Shown here piece after piece: positions 62,357 to 64,000 of a stretch of 64,000 bases of DNA. The DNA is from Pecten maximus (Eukaryota): assembly GCF_902652985.1 (NCBI RefSeq), contig NC_047024.1, forward strand, positions 40,176,001 through 40,240,000, given 5' to 3'. The notes under the pieces are model-generated. The model was not told the origin of the DNA, did no database searches, and saw nothing but the letters and a program-made list of their open reading frames with translations. The first letter of the stretch is position 1, and every line of letters starts with the position of its first letter. A program made the position numbers and the translations under genes.

Positions 62357-64000
62357 AAAAAGCCCATCATGTTTAAATGACATAAACGATACAGTCTATT
62401 TACAAAAGAAACACTAATATGTATTTACATTACATGCATAAAATGACTTTAGTAGGGAGTTCATTTGCATATTAAAATGTCATATTTATAATTAATCGAT
62501 CAATAAAAAAGGTTTGATTGCCAAACCTGTGTGATAAGAATATCATTGTAGATTTTTAAACTGGGAAAAACAACTGTCAAAGCGGAGAAAATATCAAACT
62601 TCTTAACGCACACGCAAAGTGTATTTGTATCACTAAATATTCGGGATAATAGTGGTCATGGCATTCATTTACAGTTAAATTCCATTTTACTTAAAGCCAA
62701 GGCAGAGAGGTAAAGATAATTGAAACATTTAATTTTCTTATAACATTACTATTTTGAAAGACCTTGAATGCATTTACTTAATACAATAAAAAAAAAAATA
62801 CATACATAAATGCAGCTCTTCTGAGAAGAGAGTTTACACTACAGTATATAATTCACATGGAATTAAATTAAAATGAACAAATACTGATATATCAAAAGGT
62901 CAAGAAAATTGTGTATTCATTATTAAAAAAAATCACGTTTGCTATTAAATATGGTAGTTTTTAAATTGTTTTTAGCAGGAGCAAAATACAAATTATTTAT
63001 GTCACTTGAAACAAAAATGCCCTCCATGTTTGGAGATCGGTATATGTCTTGTTTTCATGGTCCAACAAGATACCGGGACGTAAACATGAAGAAAAAGGCA
63101 CACTGGACGGCCAATCGAATACAGCCTTAGTCTAGTGTTAACGTGGTATTAATGTAACTACCGTGCATTTTGAAATATATAATTAGTTAAAAACATAATA
63201 AAGCAATTTTGTTTCCCCACCTACGCAATCCAAGAGTTCAGTTGTTGATATAAGTATTATCTACACACCCGAAGAAAGTGTTCCGGGAAATACAAGTACT
63301 ACATACACGCCACCTGGCGGATTATACGAGTTGATAACCCTAGGAACTTTACGGGTGTTGGTTTATCACATCTGATATCCTTAATACGGATGAAATTATT
63401 GGTTTGACAGAGATAAGATGAAATTCGTCGGCCCTAAATTGTGTGTAGCGTTTAGTAATTTTGAAAGGACCAATACAGCCTTGCGATTGGTCAGCAATTT
63501 AGTTTGGAACCAATGAAATGTCTTAGTACAGGTCCTCCATTTTGCCCTGACCCCGTCGAGGGAGCAGCTTGGTCTATTTGCACTGGGACCCTTACATTTT
63601 TAGGTAACTTTCCAATTACATTGTTACGTTCACCTGTTGACTTAAACAAAATAGAAATCAACATTCCCCCCTTAAAATCACGATTAAAACGAATTGTTAA
63701 AAGGTTGCATTTCATTAGCGATCGACACATAATTTTCAACTTGCGATGGTACGGTTTTGTTTTGCATTATGTAAAACGCACTTTAACAGCCTTTCACCAT
63801 TGCTTTTAATGTGGCACACTCCGTCAATATACGGTACGAAATGTTGCAAGAAAATAACAGTAATATGTCAAGGTTGCTCATAAAATTTCGCCGGCAAACA
63901 ATAAACTATATTACTAGGTAACAAACAAATTAACACGCCGATAAAAATAGACACTTCCATCTAACATCAAGGTTAGGTTGGCGCTCTCCGCTGTTTCAAG

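Noticed and set aside
63491-63809. Overlapping 82-aa and 101-aa ORFs near the window end
   Set aside because: No homology cues or clear splice structure; cannot be supported.

Overview
AT-rich eukaryotic genomic DNA with spliceosomal GT-AG introns. The SINE, Helentron-type and MITE content suggests a mollusc, probably a bivalve (inference). Three protein-coding genes can be supported. (1) An uncharacterised 273-aa single-coding-exon ORF (716-1537, +). (2) A 9-exon voltage-gated proton channel (Hv) homologue (4978-13667, +, ~462 aa), most of whose TM exons are missed by the ORF track; it keeps the S1 selectivity Asp but has an atypical S4 LPWRxxR motif and a ~135-aa S1-S2 loop. (3) A 24-exon receptor guanylyl cyclase (50363-15168, -, ~1157 aa) arranged tail-to-tail with the Hv gene. 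The most striking feature is a 4.75-kb 36-bp minisatellite whose unit is the exon 3/intron 3 junction of the cyclase itself. It provides ~130 tandem copies of the exon end plus 5' splice donor, and the first ~40 are in frame and stop-free, so each could add 12 aa (MYPTIPPLSALG) to the ligand-binding ectodomain. A smaller triplication of another donor occurs at exon 7. The rest is tandem arrays (several apparently derived from MITE termini), SINEs, a Helentron-type non-autonomous element, TTAA-flanked MITEs, two 149-N gaps and ~13 kb without a recognisable gene. Gene models were built by hand from splice sites and phase consistency, not from transcript data.
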